Shown here: piece by piece, positions 1 to 8,727 of the stretch | Layout: each line of letters opens with the position of its first letter | How positions within the stretch are numbered: the first letter of the stretch is position 1 | From: an uncultured Gammaproteobacteria bacterium | Lineage (GTDB): Bacteria > Patescibacteriota > Patescibacteriia > VMEV01 > CAYQCH01 | Length of the DNA: 64,000 nt | Assembly: GCA_964503955.1 (NCBI GenBank) | Contig: CAZDCG010000001.1 | Span: 316,210 to 380,209, forward strand | Direction of reading: 5' to 3' | Position numbers and translations under genes: made by a program | Notes under the pieces: model-generated | The model's database searches: none | What the model saw: the letters and a program-made list of their open reading frames with translations, nothing else | Told to the model about the DNA's origin: nothing

Positions 1-105
1 TACAACGCTCGCGCCACCGGCAAAACCACCCGCCGCAAGCGCACCGACATCACCATGTCAAAGCGCAATGAGAAAGCCCTCAACCAGGCACTTCCATACG
101 CTTAA
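1..105 (+). CDS. rpmI: 50S ribosomal protein L35, C-terminal part (gene starts upstream of the window)
   Basis: Frame 1 reads ...TRRKRTDITMSKRNEKALNQALPYA*, the characteristic L35 C-terminus (-LPYA). It sits immediately upstream of rplT, as in the conserved infC-rpmI-rplT arrangement. Confidence 0.7.
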   Translation, partial: YNARATGKTTRRKRTDITMSKRNEKALNQALPYA

Positions 106-221
106 AGGGGGCTACTGTTCTTAGATTGAATTGATTTATCTAGAGTTTATAGGTTTTAGTTTATAGGTTTTAGCCAAGGGTTGAAACTGAAAACTACAAC
201 CTAAAAACTACAACCTAACCT
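106..221 (+). promoter_or_regulatory. rpmI-rplT intergenic leader with two short tandem duplications (tttataggttttag x2; aaaactacaacctaa x2) and no SD before rplT
   Basis: Direct reading of the sequence. The last 13 nt, aacctaacctATG, are shared with the trpS upstream region. Confidence 0.3.
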
Positions 222-566
222 ATGCCACGAGTAAAACGAGGAACAATGCACGTCAAACGTCGCCGCAATATCCTCAAGCAAACCAAAGGCTACTACAGCG
301 GACGCAAGAACCTCATCAAGCTCGCTCAGACAGCCATCCTGAAAGCCGGCCAGCATGCTCTGCGCGACCGCCGCGACAAGAAATCAAATCAGCGCAAACT
401 GTGGAATATCCAGATCAACGCGGCTGCCCGCCTGAATGGAACGAAGTACAGCAAGCTGATTGACGGCCTGAAGAAGAAGAATATCGAGCTTGACCGCAAA
501 GTCCTTGCCCAGCTCGCGAATGAGAACCCGGAAGTCTTCAGCAAAGTCGTAGAAGCAACAAAATAA
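222..566 (+). CDS. rplT: 50S ribosomal protein L20
   Basis: 114 aa; MPRVKRG...KRRRNILKQTKGYYG...NQRKLWNIQINAAAR is canonical L20. Confidence 0.95.
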   Translation: MPRVKRGTMHVKRRRNILKQTKGYYSGRKNLIKLAQTAILKAGQHALRDRRDKKSNQRKLWNIQINAAARLNGTKYSKLIDGLKKKNIELDRKVLAQLANENPEVFSKVVEATK

Positions 567-571
567 GAAAA

Positions 572-598
572 GCCCCTCATGCCGAGGGGTTTTTTCTT
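572..598. terminator. Bidirectional rho-independent terminator (cccctcatgccgagggg + T-run)
   Basis: Perfect GC-rich hairpin followed by TTTTTT after rplT; the reverse complement is also followed by T-rich sequence for the convergent ORF 611..943. Confidence 0.7.
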
Positions 599-610
599 GT
601 TCGAAGCGAG

Positions 611-943
611 CTATTGCTGCTGTCCGCCTCTTGCCTCTTGAATGAATTCATCAAGTTTCTGCGCATGATCATGCAATTTCTGTACGTATTCTTCATCATC
701 CGAGGTGATGATCACTTGAAATCCATTTTTGAGTTCGACGATTTCAAATTCGATCGCGTCGCTTTTATACATTTCAAGTTCACGCTGCAATTCTTCATGC
801 ATGTCTTTATCCTGCCGATACCGGTCCCGCTCATAGCGTGCTTGAACCGGGTCCAGGGCGAAGGCAAAAGCTCCAACGAGAAGAGAGCCAAGCACCAACG
901 AAGACGCTGTTGTCTTCCAATTGAACCTGTCTTTTTGCTCCAT
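611..943 (-). CDS. hypothetical protein with N-terminal membrane anchor
   Basis: 110-aa ORF with a hydrophobic N-terminal segment (SSLVLGSLLVGAFAFA) and a charged coiled region; no recognisable family. Confidence 0.4.
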   Translation of the reverse strand: MEQKDRFNWKTTASSLVLGSLLVGAFAFALDPVQARYERDRYRQDKDMHEELQRELEMYKSDAIEFEIVELKNGFQVIITSDDEEYVQKLHDHAQKLDEFIQEARGGQQQ

Positions 944-1070
944 AGATAATGATTAACGGTAAGTGCCAAATAATACATCGGCACTGCCGGCGTCTTTCGC
1001 GCAAGGCAAAGACATTTCTCTGATCTATGGAAATATGTTCAAAGATTTCTGCCTAAAAGCATCTGAACAG

Positions 1071-1415
1071 CTACGTTGAATGCTTTCTTGCAATCAAAGA
1101 AGAAACAAAAAATCCTGCCATGCCGATGATTAAATCCCAGATCATGTCGATCGCAGGTTCAGGGCGGAAGACCAAATCGCCAAGCGCGCCCTCAACGGTC
1201 TCATAACCGATCACCGTGATAAGTGCAAGCCAGAACGCATTGCGCAAGCGGAATTTGCGCAAGAGAACACCAAGCGCCAAGCCGCTTGTAAAATGCACGA
1301 ATGTCCAGCGGTCAAAGTAGAATAGTTCCGATCTATACATGGTGGTCGCCAGCCAGTCTTCAATCGGATTAGGTGGAATAAGACGTTTCATGCCGTCATT
1401 ATAGCGAATTCGCAA
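1071..1415 (-). CDS. hypothetical small membrane protein
   Basis: 114-aa ORF with 3 predicted TM segments. Confidence 0.4.
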   Translation of the reverse strand: MRIRYNDGMKRLIPPNPIEDWLATTMYRSELFYFDRWTFVHFTSGLALGVLLRKFRLRNAFWLALITVIGYETVEGALGDLVFRPEPAIDMIWDLIIGMAGFFVSSLIARKHST

Positions 1416-1424
1416 AAAACCGCA

Positions 1425-2672
1425 TTAGAGCTGTTTAGCAATGCTCTTACCAGCCAACATCCCGGCCGCCCAGGAAGCCTGCAAATTAAATCCGCCGGTT
1501 ACTCCGTCTACATCCATTACTTCTCCGGCAAAATACAAACCGGCTGCTAACCGTGACTCCATGGTCTGCGAATTGATTTCATCCGTTTCAACGCCGCCGG
1601 CAGTCACAAATTCATCCCCTGGCCGTCGCTGGATAAGCGTTAATGCAAGCTCACCGGAAAACAGATGGCTGAGTTTCTTTCGCTGATCTTTTGACAGCTC
1701 AAAAAATTTTGTTTCTTCAGGAATACCCGCAAGGTGAAGCAGCAAGGCTGCGAAACGTTTTGGAATAAATTCATGCAAAAGTGTTTTGACCTGTTTCTTG
1801 CCTTGCTCTGAAATAGCGTTCAGGAAAAGCTCTTCCCAATCTTCAAATGTCCGGCCGGCGCGCGGAATAAGCAGGATCTTCAGCGGCGATTTGGGAGAAA
1901 TCGTTTCATACGGAATATGCGAAGAAAGACTGAACACAACCGGTCCTGAAATACCAAAATGCGTAAAAAGCAATGGCCCGGTCACGGCTGTTTTTTTGTA
2001 TTTCAGTATGGCTTTTTCAAGGCTGAGGCCTGACAAGGTTTTTGGCCATTCTTCCGCCAGCACAAAACTGTTCAGCGACGGTCCAACCGGCGTAATCGTA
2101 TGTCCTAATGACGCGGCAAAGGCATAGCCGTCGCCGGTTGAGCCGGTCTGGCGGTATGCATTCCCGCCCGTGGTGATGACAACAAAATCGGCCTCATGAC
2201 GGCCTTTATTTGTTTCAAGCAAAAATCTGCTGCCGGCTCGTTCAATGCCTTTCACGGAAGTGAGCAAATGCTGTTCAATGTTTGCTGCTGAAAAAAGCCG
2301 CTCAAAAACACCGACCACGTCATGACCGTCATTGGAAACGGGAAAAACGCGGAGATCTTCTTCGATTTTAAGCGCCACACCATGCGTTTCAAACCATTCC
2401 ATGACTTTGTCCGGCGGAAATTTTGAAATTGCGGCCTTGAGAAACTCACCGCCGCGCGTGTATTTTTTCAGCAGCTCCTGACGGTTCGTAATCCCTGTCG
2501 TGACATTGCAGCGTCCTCCCCCGCTGATAAGCACCTTTGTGCCAAGCCGTTTATTTTTCTCAAAGAGCAAAATCCGGCAGGGCTTGCCGGACTCAATCAG
2601 CGCGGCAGCGGCCATCATGCCTGCCGCTCCGCCTCCGATAATGGCGATGGTTTTGAGATTCCCTTTATTCAT
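1425..2672 (-). CDS. FAD-dependent flavoprotein, HI0933/BaiN (YhiN) family
   Basis: N-terminal Rossmann motif IAIIGGGAAGMMAA, GGGRCNVT and C-terminal GGxxxDxxTGGFNLQ, all typical of the HI0933-like aminoacetone-oxidase family. Confidence 0.8.
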   Translation of the reverse strand: MNKGNLKTIAIIGGGAAGMMAAAALIESGKPCRILLFEKNKRLGTKVLISGGGRCNVTTGITNRQELLKKYTRGGEFLKAAISKFPPDKVMEWFETHGVALKIEEDLRVFPVSNDGHDVVGVFERLFSAANIEQHLLTSVKGIERAGSRFLLETNKGRHEADFVVITTGGNAYRQTGSTGDGYAFAASLGHTITPVGPSLNSFVLAEEWPKTLSGLSLEKAILKYKKTAVTGPLLFTHFGISGPVVFSLSSHIPYETISPKSPLKILLIPRAGRTFEDWEELFLNAISEQGKKQVKTLLHEFIPKRFAALLLHLAGIPEETKFFELSKDQRKKLSHLFSGELALTLIQRRPGDEFVTAGGVETDEINSQTMESRLAAGLYFAGEVMDVDGVTGGFNLQASWAAGMLAGKSIAKQL

Positions 2673-3538
2673 AAAGAAGCCTGGGCTTCCTCTTTGATAA
2701 AACTTCCAACACGCAATTCATAGGCTGCCTCTTCAAGCTCTTCTTGCGTATTCATCACAATCGGACCGTACCAGGCAACCGGTTCGCCAAGCGGCTTGCC
2801 AGACATCAGCAGAAAACGCGCGCCGCTTACACCCGCTTTCAGATAAACCGTATCGCCCTCTCGGGAAAAGAGCAAGATCTGGTTTTTGGTATAACCGATT
2901 TGATCCAGCTTTGACGCGCCGACCGCGCCTTCAATCACATATAAGCAGGTATTGTACTCAGGCGGAATCGGCAGGGCGAACTCTTTGCCCGCGTCAACGC
3001 GCACGTCAAGATAAAACGGCATGGCCACCAACTCCTGAACAGGACCGGCAACATCATTGACGCTACCGGCGATGACTTTAACCACCACGCCGTTGCCATG
3101 CGAAATTTCCGGAATATCTTTGGCCAGAACATCCTGATACCTCGGCTTGGTCATCTTGTCTTTTTGCGGCAAGTTTACCCAGAGCTGAAATCCCTGCAAC
3201 CCAGGTATCGCTTTTGGCATTTCCTCATGTAAAATCCCGCTGCCGGCTGTCATCCATTGCACGTCTCCTTTGCCGATGCGGCCGGAATGGCCAAGCGAAT
3301 CATGATGCAGCACCTCGCCGTTTAACAAATAGGTCACGGTTTCAATCCCGCGATGCGGATGCCAGGGAAATCCAAGCCTGTAATCAGCCGGGTCTTCTCC
3401 GCTGAAATCATCAAACAGCAAAAAGGGATCGTAACGGGGCACCTCTGCTTGCGAAAATCCACGCTGCAGACGCACGCCGGCCCCTTCAAGAGTTTCCCTG
3501 GTTGAGCGGACATCGACGATGGTTTTGTGCTTTGGCAT
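2669..3538 (-). CDS. pirin family protein (cupin)
   Basis: HPHRGIETVTYLLNGEVLHHDSLG and MTAGSGILHEE motifs of pirin; overlaps the upstream gene by 4 nt (operon). Confidence 0.85.
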   Translation of the reverse strand: MPKHKTIVDVRSTRETLEGAGVRLQRGFSQAEVPRYDPFLLFDDFSGEDPADYRLGFPWHPHRGIETVTYLLNGEVLHHDSLGHSGRIGKGDVQWMTAGSGILHEEMPKAIPGLQGFQLWVNLPQKDKMTKPRYQDVLAKDIPEISHGNGVVVKVIAGSVNDVAGPVQELVAMPFYLDVRVDAGKEFALPIPPEYNTCLYVIEGAVGASKLDQIGYTKNQILLFSREGDTVYLKAGVSGARFLLMSGKPLGEPVAWYGPIVMNTQEELEEAAYELRVGSFIKEEAQASL

Positions 3539-3644
3539 AGGTAGTTATGATGCCTGAGGGAAAAAGGATTGGCAATGTCTTCTAAAAGATGAAGAGCCGG
3601 TTTGTGTGAAACAAACCGGCTCCATATGATGGCGCGAACCAGCA

Positions 3645-3965
3645 TTAGGTCTTGCGCCTCTTCGCTGTCGCCTGCCGGACGATGGCGTCAAAATTCTCCT
3701 TTTCGGCTTCCACGCACCGGATCAGATCGATCTGCTCCCCAAGAATCTTGGGAAGCGTCTGTGGATTCACCTCGATCATCTCCCGAGACTTCGCACCCTC
3801 AAGCAGCAAGCCCACTGGTGCCCAGCCCGTCCACTGGAGCCGCCCCATGACGTTCCAGTCTTCTCCGGGAAGACGGGCGAAGCTCAGCCGGATGGCAAGC
3901 ACCCGCGGATGCGGGCCAGACTTGTCCAGCCGGCGTTGAATGAGCAAATAATCAGCCACGCACAC
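3645..3965 (-). CDS. hypothetical protein in a GC-rich patch (possibly a small DNA-binding/antitoxin-like protein; true start may be internal)
   Basis: 106-aa ORF in a locally GC-rich segment; the C-terminal half (REMIEVNPQTLPKILGEQIDLIRCVEAEKENFD) weakly resembles the AbrB/SpoVT swapped-hairpin fold; divergent to a small membrane-peptide gene. Confidence 0.3.
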   Translation of the reverse strand: MCVADYLLIQRRLDKSGPHPRVLAIRLSFARLPGEDWNVMGRLQWTGWAPVGLLLEGAKSREMIEVNPQTLPKILGEQIDLIRCVEAEKENFDAIVRQATAKRRKT

Positions 3966-4152
3966 CCCTCATGTCTTTGCGCTGAACCGGTTCAGAATGC
4001 CCGCGCTGTAGCACAGGTTCGTCATTTCAGCAAAAATACCCGGTATTGTCAACCATGCGCGAAGGAGCTCGCAGCAAGGCTGGACTATTGCCCTGATTTT
4101 ATGCTACGATCCTTTGTCATGAGCACTTGCTCATGCGCAAGGGGGATTTTCC

Positions 4153-4314
4153 GTGTATCTTAACGCGCCTGTTCCTGACCGAACAACCGTGATCGCGCTT
4201 TGCTTCTTCGTGCTGATTCTGCTGCTTGCCCCGCGCAAGCGCGGCAGCATCGAGATCAAGGCCGCCGGCGATCACACGAACGCGATTCCTACCCCGGGGA
4301 TGCGGCCGCGCTAA
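4153..4314 (+). CDS. small hydrophobic peptide (53 aa), not in the ORF track (<60 aa)
   Basis: GTG start 7 nt after an AAGGGGGA SD; VYLNAPVPDRTTVIALCFFVLILLLAPRKRGS... has a single TM helix. Preceded by an 18-bp near-perfect palindrome catgagcacttgctcatg and followed by a terminator. Confidence 0.3.
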   Translation: MYLNAPVPDRTTVIALCFFVLILLLAPRKRGSIEIKAAGDHTNAIPTPGMRPR

Positions 4315-4325
4315 CCCCGAAGCGA

Positions 4326-4373
4326 TGACCCTGCCGTGGAGACTCCTCTCCGCGGCAGGGTCGCTATGTTTTT
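4326..4373. terminator. rho-independent terminator (gaccctgccg...cggcagggtc + TGTTTTT), bidirectional
   Basis: 10-bp GC stem followed by a T-run; lies between convergent small ORFs. Confidence 0.6.
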
Positions 4374-4566
4374 AAAGAGAATTCTGCGCTTCCTGCATAG
4401 CAGGAATATCCGGCATAGATTCCTCCTGCTTATTTGAAAAAGATTCCCGCGAGAAAAAGACGAACAAAACGAAGACCACAAGAATTATTCCAAGAATCAG
4501 CCAGCTGGTTTTATCCATGGTGGTGAGCATAGAAATGGTATTGAGAGGTCTACCCAACGGTAGCAT
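4372..4566 (-). CDS. small membrane protein, hypothetical
   Basis: ORF with a strong TM helix (WLILGIILVVFVLFVFF); the start is probably the internal MDKTS. Confidence 0.35.
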   Translation of the reverse strand: MLPLGRPLNTISMLTTMDKTSWLILGIILVVFVLFVFFSRESFSNKQEESMPDIPAMQEAQNSL

Positions 4567-4618
4567 GAAAACGAACGGACAAAAATAGGCTATACTTAAG
4601 CCACTCTAATGAATATCT

Positions 4619-5125
4619 ATGAAAAAGCTCGCCCTGCTCGTGGTTTTAGTCGCCATTATCACCATCGTTCTTTTTGCCATGCCACAGAAAAATACTCCAA
4701 CCGCTGTCGATGAGAAGAACACGGCCTATACCATCGATGGACGAAGCGTGCCCCTGATAAACGGAGCCAGCGAACAAGAGCATTCCACAGTTCGCTACTT
4801 TGGCAATGAAATCCGCAAAGACCTAAACGGCGACGGGAAAGAAGATATCGCCTTTCTCCTCACCGAAGACAGCGAAGGCTCAGGAACGTATTTCTACCTC
4901 GTAGCCGCAATCGCTTCAGACAACGGCTATGTCGGATCAAACGCTTACCTGCTTGGAGACCGCATCGCCCCGCATTCGACCGAATCCGGCCCTGGCCTGG
5001 CCGTTATCGTCAACTATGCCGACCGCCTGCCTGACGAATCTTTTACCGCCCAGCCCTCGGTTGGAATGTCCGCGCAGCTGGTGCTTGATCCGGAGAGTTT
5101 GACTTGGAGTAATGAGAACGGGTAA
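4619..5125 (+). CDS. secreted hypothetical protein (signal peptide)
   Basis: MKKLALLVVLVAIITIVLFA signal-like N-terminus; a terminator hairpin (gacccacc...gcgggtc + T-run) lies ~100 nt downstream. Confidence 0.5.
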   Translation: MKKLALLVVLVAIITIVLFAMPQKNTPTAVDEKNTAYTIDGRSVPLINGASEQEHSTVRYFGNEIRKDLNGDGKEDIAFLLTEDSEGSGTYFYLVAAIASDNGYVGSNAYLLGDRIAPHSTESGPGLAVIVNYADRLPDESFTAQPSVGMSAQLVLDPESLTWSNENG

Positions 5126-5371
5126 AGCTGATTTTCAGACAAAAGAGCGCAGGAGATTCTCGACTAGACAAGGCCCGCAAATCCTGCTAATTTATGGATG
5201 ACCCACCACTTTGAGGCGGGTCTTTCTTTCTAAAAACTCGACTTATTTTACTGCTAGTTCAGATGCAGAACGAGGAAGAAATGAGTACCGGACCGAAGCG
5301 ATCGTGAGTGATCGCAGAGGGAAGCACGGAATTTCTGACGAAGTGCTGCGCTGAAATCGCAGTAAAAGCAT

Positions 5372-5447
5372 GGACCGGTGGTGTAGCGGTTAACATGCCT
5401 CCCTGTCACGGAGGAGATCGCGGGTTCGATTCCCGTCCGGTCCGCCA
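5372..5447 (+). tRNA. tRNA-Asp (anticodon GTC)
   Basis: GGACCGGTGGTGTAGCGGTTAACATGCCTCCCTGTCACGGAGGAGATCGCGGGTTCGATTCCCGTCCGGTCCGCCA. The cloverleaf, CTGTCAC anticodon loop, GTTCGATTC T-loop and encoded CCA are very close to E. coli tRNA-Asp. Confidence 0.9.
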
Positions 5448-6628
5448 CGAAGAGCCCCGTATTCACGGGGTTTTTCGTTTTGGGGCGCGGGCGTGTTGCC
5501 CACGGGTTGCCCAAGGATTGCTGAAGTCGGCGCCAGTGTCGGCGTGAGCGGCCCCAACTGGAAGACGAAGGACGATACCTCTCGCGCCGGCGAGAGCGGC
5601 CGACGGTCAAGCCGATCGACGAACTCCTTGAGGCGAGAGGGCTCGAGGTGGCTGTAGCGCATGGTGACCCGAATGTCACTATGGCCCAGCAGTTCCTGCA
5701 CGACCTTGAGGTGAGCGCCCGTTGCCACGAGGTGCGAGGCGAAGGTGTGGCGCAGTACATGCCACCCGACTTTGCGGAGGCCGGCAGCGGCGCACGCTTG
5801 CTTGAGCACGCGCGCCATGGCGTCTTGGTCCGAGTGCTTGCGGCCCGCGTCTTGCCCGAAGACAAAGCCCCTGCGGTGCGGCCATGCCCTCAGTGCTTCC
5901 TTCACGTCCTCGCTGAGCGGCACGTGGCGGATCTTGTTGCTCTTGGGAGGGCCGAGGCGGCGTCTCACCAGTGCCCGCCTCACCGTCAGCAGGCTCCCCT
6001 CGAGGTCGACGTCGGACCAGTCCAGCGCCAGCAGCTCTCCCAGGCGGAGCCCGGTGCGCATGGCGACGAGCACGACTCCACGCCAGAACGTGTCCTTCAT
6101 GCTCCGCAAGAGACGTTCGCTCTCCTCCAGCGTGAGGAAGTCGAACGCCTGAGGTGGAACGGGAAGAAGCCGGATCTTCGGGCGGCGGTCGAGCTCGCCC
6201 CACTCCTCGGCAATGCTAAGAGCCCGGCCGAGGGCGGCCAGGTAGTTGTTGACGGTCTTGGGCGCATAACCCTCTGCGCGCCTCGCCGCCTTGAAGCTCT
6301 CGATCAGCTTGGGGGAGATCTCATCGAGCCCGCACTCCCCGAAGAAGGGCAAGAGCTGACGGTCCAGAATAGACCGCTTCGTGCGCTGCTCGGAGTGGCG
6401 GTTGTTGGGCACGACGTACTCTCGGTACCACCGCTCGGCGAACTCCGCGAAAGTGGTGGCCTTGACGACAGGTGCGTCTGGATCAAAGCCGAGCGCGAGC
6501 TGGCGGCGGAAGTAGGTTTCGTACGCGGCAGCGCCCGCCCGGCTGCTTTCCGGGCTCTTGCGGCGATAGCGGATGCCAGCGTGGCGGAAGTCAATCCACC
6601 AGCGGTTGCGGATCTTGCGAGCGCTCAT
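5390..6628 (-). CDS. int: tyrosine-type site-specific integrase (phage-integrase family)
   Basis: Core-binding and catalytic domains with R...HVLRHTFASHLV (HxxR)...RVTMRYSHL (catalytic Tyr). The ORF runs with no stop through the att core and into the tRNA on the opposite strand, so the last ~60 codons are probably not authentic or reflect the recombinant junction. Confidence 0.9.
   Translation of the reverse strand: MSARKIRNRWWIDFRHAGIRYRRKSPESSRAGAAAYETYFRRQLALGFDPDAPVVKATTFAEFAERWYREYVVPNNRHSEQRTKRSILDRQLLPFFGECGLDEISPKLIESFKAARRAEGYAPKTVNNYLAALGRALSIAEEWGELDRRPKIRLLPVPPQAFDFLTLEESERLLRSMKDTFWRGVVLVAMRTGLRLGELLALDWSDVDLEGSLLTVRRALVRRRLGPPKSNKIRHVPLSEDVKEALRAWPHRRGFVFGQDAGRKHSDQDAMARVLKQACAAAGLRKVGWHVLRHTFASHLVATGAHLKVVQELLGHSDIRVTMRYSHLEPSRLKEFVDRLDRRPLSPAREVSSFVFQLGPLTPTLAPTSAILGQPVGNTPAPQNEKPREYGALRGGPDGNRTRDLLRDREAC
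5424..5448 (+). repeat. attL core (within tRNA-Asp 3' end)
   Basis: Exact 25-nt match to 9326-9350. Confidence 0.85.
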
Positions 6629-6894
6629 GGGGTGTTGTCGTCAACGGAGCCCACGCGGTGCTTGGCCAAGTAGGCCGCCAGGTCCTCCCGCGAGAAGCGC
6701 AGACTGCGGAGTACGCGGTGGAAGGGCAGCCGGCGCTGCTCCACAAGTCTGTAGACGCTGGCCCTGGAGATACCCAGCTGGCGGGCGACCTGGTCTGGCG
6801 TGAGGAGAAGGGGCGGCAAGGCGTGGTCCGGACGATGATGCCGTGGTTGGGCCGAATTGCGCAAATCCGGACTGTGGATAAGATCGTTGAGCAT
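6625..6894 (-). CDS. xis: excisionase/AlpA-like helix-turn-helix DNA-binding protein
   Basis: LLTPDQVARQLGISRASVYRLVEQRRLPFHRV is the HTH_17/Xis signature; overlaps the int start by 4 nt (xis-int operon). Confidence 0.7.
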   Translation of the reverse strand: MLNDLIHSPDLRNSAQPRHHRPDHALPPLLLTPDQVARQLGISRASVYRLVEQRRLPFHRVLRSLRFSREDLAAYLAKHRVGSVDDNTP

Positions 6895-7074
6895 GTTTTA
6901 TGTGGCTAAGGCTAGCGGAGAATCTATGTCCTCCCGCCCGGCAGGGACACGAACCTCGGTCGGTGTCCCTGCCAGGGTGACGGCGGCGCGAGGTGCGGCC
7001 GCACAGGCGCGAGGGCGCCCGGGAGGTGGCCAGCGGTGAGCTGGCCACGCCCGTGCCCGGGCGCTTCCGACCGG

Positions 7075-7635
7075 TCACGAGCTTGGCCTTCTCGTAGGCG
7101 GGAGAATCTTCTGCTCAATCAGATATGCCGCACCCACGGCTGCAGCGTCGAACATGTTGAGCCAGAAGGTCTCCTTCCACGCGTGGGTCTGGATCTTGTA
7201 AATCGCTAGTTCGGGGTAACGACGAATGATCTCGGTGGCGACAGTGGGCTTCTTGGCGTTTCCGTTCAGGCAGAGAATCGCTCGCGCTGAGCGCGGGGCA
7301 TACTCGACGACCAAGCCGTCGACGACGACGACCCGCTGCTCTCCGCTAGTGCGGACCGTCACCCGGTCGTTCACGACGACGGCGTCGCCGCTTCCGGGCT
7401 CGAGATCGAAGAACGTCTGCTGCTCGTCTTGGCTCACCCGGCAATCGTGCCTTACGGCCTCGTTGCCGCAAGGCAATAACGGGACACGTTCTGGTCCGCG
7501 CAATTGCCCGAGCGCTCCCGGGCCAAGCCCGCCTGTAGCGGCATCAGCAGGCGCTACGAGCCGCCGGCGGAGTCGAAAGGCGGACACATTGCGGTCCGCA
7601 GCTACCCGGCTGCCAGCCCTGCTACGACAGGGCAT
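7075..7635 (-). CDS. island cargo, hypothetical protein (start uncertain; the N-terminal ~60 codons may be non-coding)
   Basis: Only non-low-complexity frame in GC-rich DNA; the C-terminal ~110 aa (VVVNDRVTVRTSGEQRVVVVDGLVVEYAPRSARAILCLNGNAKKPT...IYKIQTHAWKETFWLNMFDAAAVGAAYLIEQK) is globular-looking; no family recognised by eye. Confidence 0.35.
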   Translation of the reverse strand: MPCRSRAGSRVAADRNVSAFRLRRRLVAPADAATGGLGPGALGQLRGPERVPLLPCGNEAVRHDCRVSQDEQQTFFDLEPGSGDAVVVNDRVTVRTSGEQRVVVVDGLVVEYAPRSARAILCLNGNAKKPTVATEIIRRYPELAIYKIQTHAWKETFWLNMFDAAAVGAAYLIEQKILPPTRRPSS

Positions 7636-7975
7636 GTCAGGAGGTCTGGAGTCTGGAGGAGGTGCGCGCCCACTTCCGGCGCCGCCTCGACGCCTACGTC
7701 TGCGAGGTCATGACCGAGCGCGCGTCCGCGCGCGCGGCGCTGGCCCCCAGGAAGGCCGACGATCGCAGCGCGACACTCCCCTACGGCTGCGGGACCTACT
7801 GGCTGGTCCGCTTCCACGGCGCGTCATGCGAGCACGCCCCGCCGGCCTGAGCGGCGAGCCGGGCCGCCGCGACGCGAGGCGCCCGGCGCGAGCGAGCTCG
7901 ATTGCGCGGCGCGCAGGCCGAGCGTGGATCGACGGAGCGCTGGAGCTCGCGGACGGCGCGGCAGTACCTGCCCAC

Positions 7976-8611
7976 TCACTGACCAGGACGAGGCGGAGCA
8001 TGCGCGAGAGCACTGAACTCGCCTACGTTCTGCATGGCATAATCAATAAGGCAATCATAAACGCGATCGCACTCGCCCTCAAAATTTAGAAACACCCTAC
8101 CCACAACGGTATCCTCCAAGCGCCCGTCGTATGCCCCGATACTCTCCAAGAACTCTCGACGTGCGTCGAGGTCTAGATGGGGATTTGGCCCTGGGAATGC
8201 GGCTACCGCCTCCGCCAAGTAACGAGCGGCATCGCGTGCCCCTATCTCCTCCAATGCCTGCACAAAAACAGAATACGACGGATTCCCGCCCCCGGCGAGA
8301 AGGTAGCAGTAGGCGTCGAGCAGAAACGGCTTGGCCTGGTCGAAGTCGAGCCAGATCAGGGCGTCAGCAATTTGACACCGCTCGCCAAAGTCGGCAAAAT
8401 CAAGAACGCTCACGTGGGGTGTTTCCTCGTGGGCCAGGATCCAGTTTACGCTGGACCTGGGGTAGCAGGTGGCTCCACCGCCTGCTGCCCGAACCCAGCA
8501 CTTGATCCCCCTGGCAGCCCTGGCGCAGTCAGGGGGTTTTCGTTGCAGGAGGGCGTGATCGATAGGCCGAGGGTGCTGCACCCGGCAAAAACAACGGACA
8601 GCATGGCACAA
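7976..8611 (-). CDS. island cargo, hypothetical protein (likely starts at the internal GTG near VSVLDFADF; ~145 aa)
   Basis: Conserved-looking region ...LDFADFGERCQIADALIWLDFDQAKPFLLDAYCYLLAGGGNPSYSVFVQALEEIG...; the N-terminal part of the long ORF is Cys/Arg-rich junk typical of wrong-frame GC-rich DNA. Confidence 0.4.
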   Translation of the reverse strand: MCHAVRCFCRVQHPRPIDHALLQRKPPDCARAARGIKCWVRAAGGGATCYPRSSVNWILAHEETPHVSVLDFADFGERCQIADALIWLDFDQAKPFLLDAYCYLLAGGGNPSYSVFVQALEEIGARDAARYLAEAVAAFPGPNPHLDLDARREFLESIGAYDGRLEDTVVGRVFLNFEGECDRVYDCLIDYAMQNVGEFSALAHAPPRPGQ

Positions 8612-8727
8612 ATAACGGCGATGACGGCTACTTTGCTAGTCGAGCCACCACTCTCGCGGCCAGTGGTCTGTGCATAGCCCTTGACAGTTAAGGAATTATG
8701 AACCAATCTCTGCCTAGAGTCGCTCAC
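8446..8727 (-). CDS. possible small lipoprotein (signal peptide + FAGC lipobox), island cargo
   Basis: Alternative frame overlapping the 5' end of the previous ORF: ...KVAVIAVICAMLSVVFAGCSTLGLSITPSCNENP... has a classic n-h-c lipoprotein signal; ends just before the probable GTG start of the downstream gene. Confidence 0.25.
   Translation of the reverse strand: MSDSRQRLVHNSLTVKGYAQTTGRESGGSTSKVAVIAVICAMLSVVFAGCSTLGLSITPSCNENPLTAPGLPGGSSAGFGQQAVEPPATPGPA

Noticed and set aside
105-221. Possible CRISPR-like array (tttataggttttag x2, aaaactacaacctaa x2) upstream of rplT
   Set aside because: There are only two copies of each of two different short units, with no spacer structure, no cas genes, and the units lie directly in a ribosomal-protein leader. 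It is better explained as a tandem duplication in a 5' UTR.
5648-6673. 341-aa plus-strand ORF and other long ORFs antisense to the integrase (5679..6203, 5745..6152, 6304..6594)
   Set aside because: These are wrong-strand or wrong-frame open frames typical of high-GC DNA, with Arg/Ala/Pro-rich low-complexity translations. The integrase frame has clear catalytic motifs.
7226-8089. 287-aa plus-strand ORF across island cargo
   Set aside because: It is extremely Arg/Ser/Pro/Ala-rich and low-complexity. The opposite-strand frames 7075..7635 and 7976..8611 look globular.
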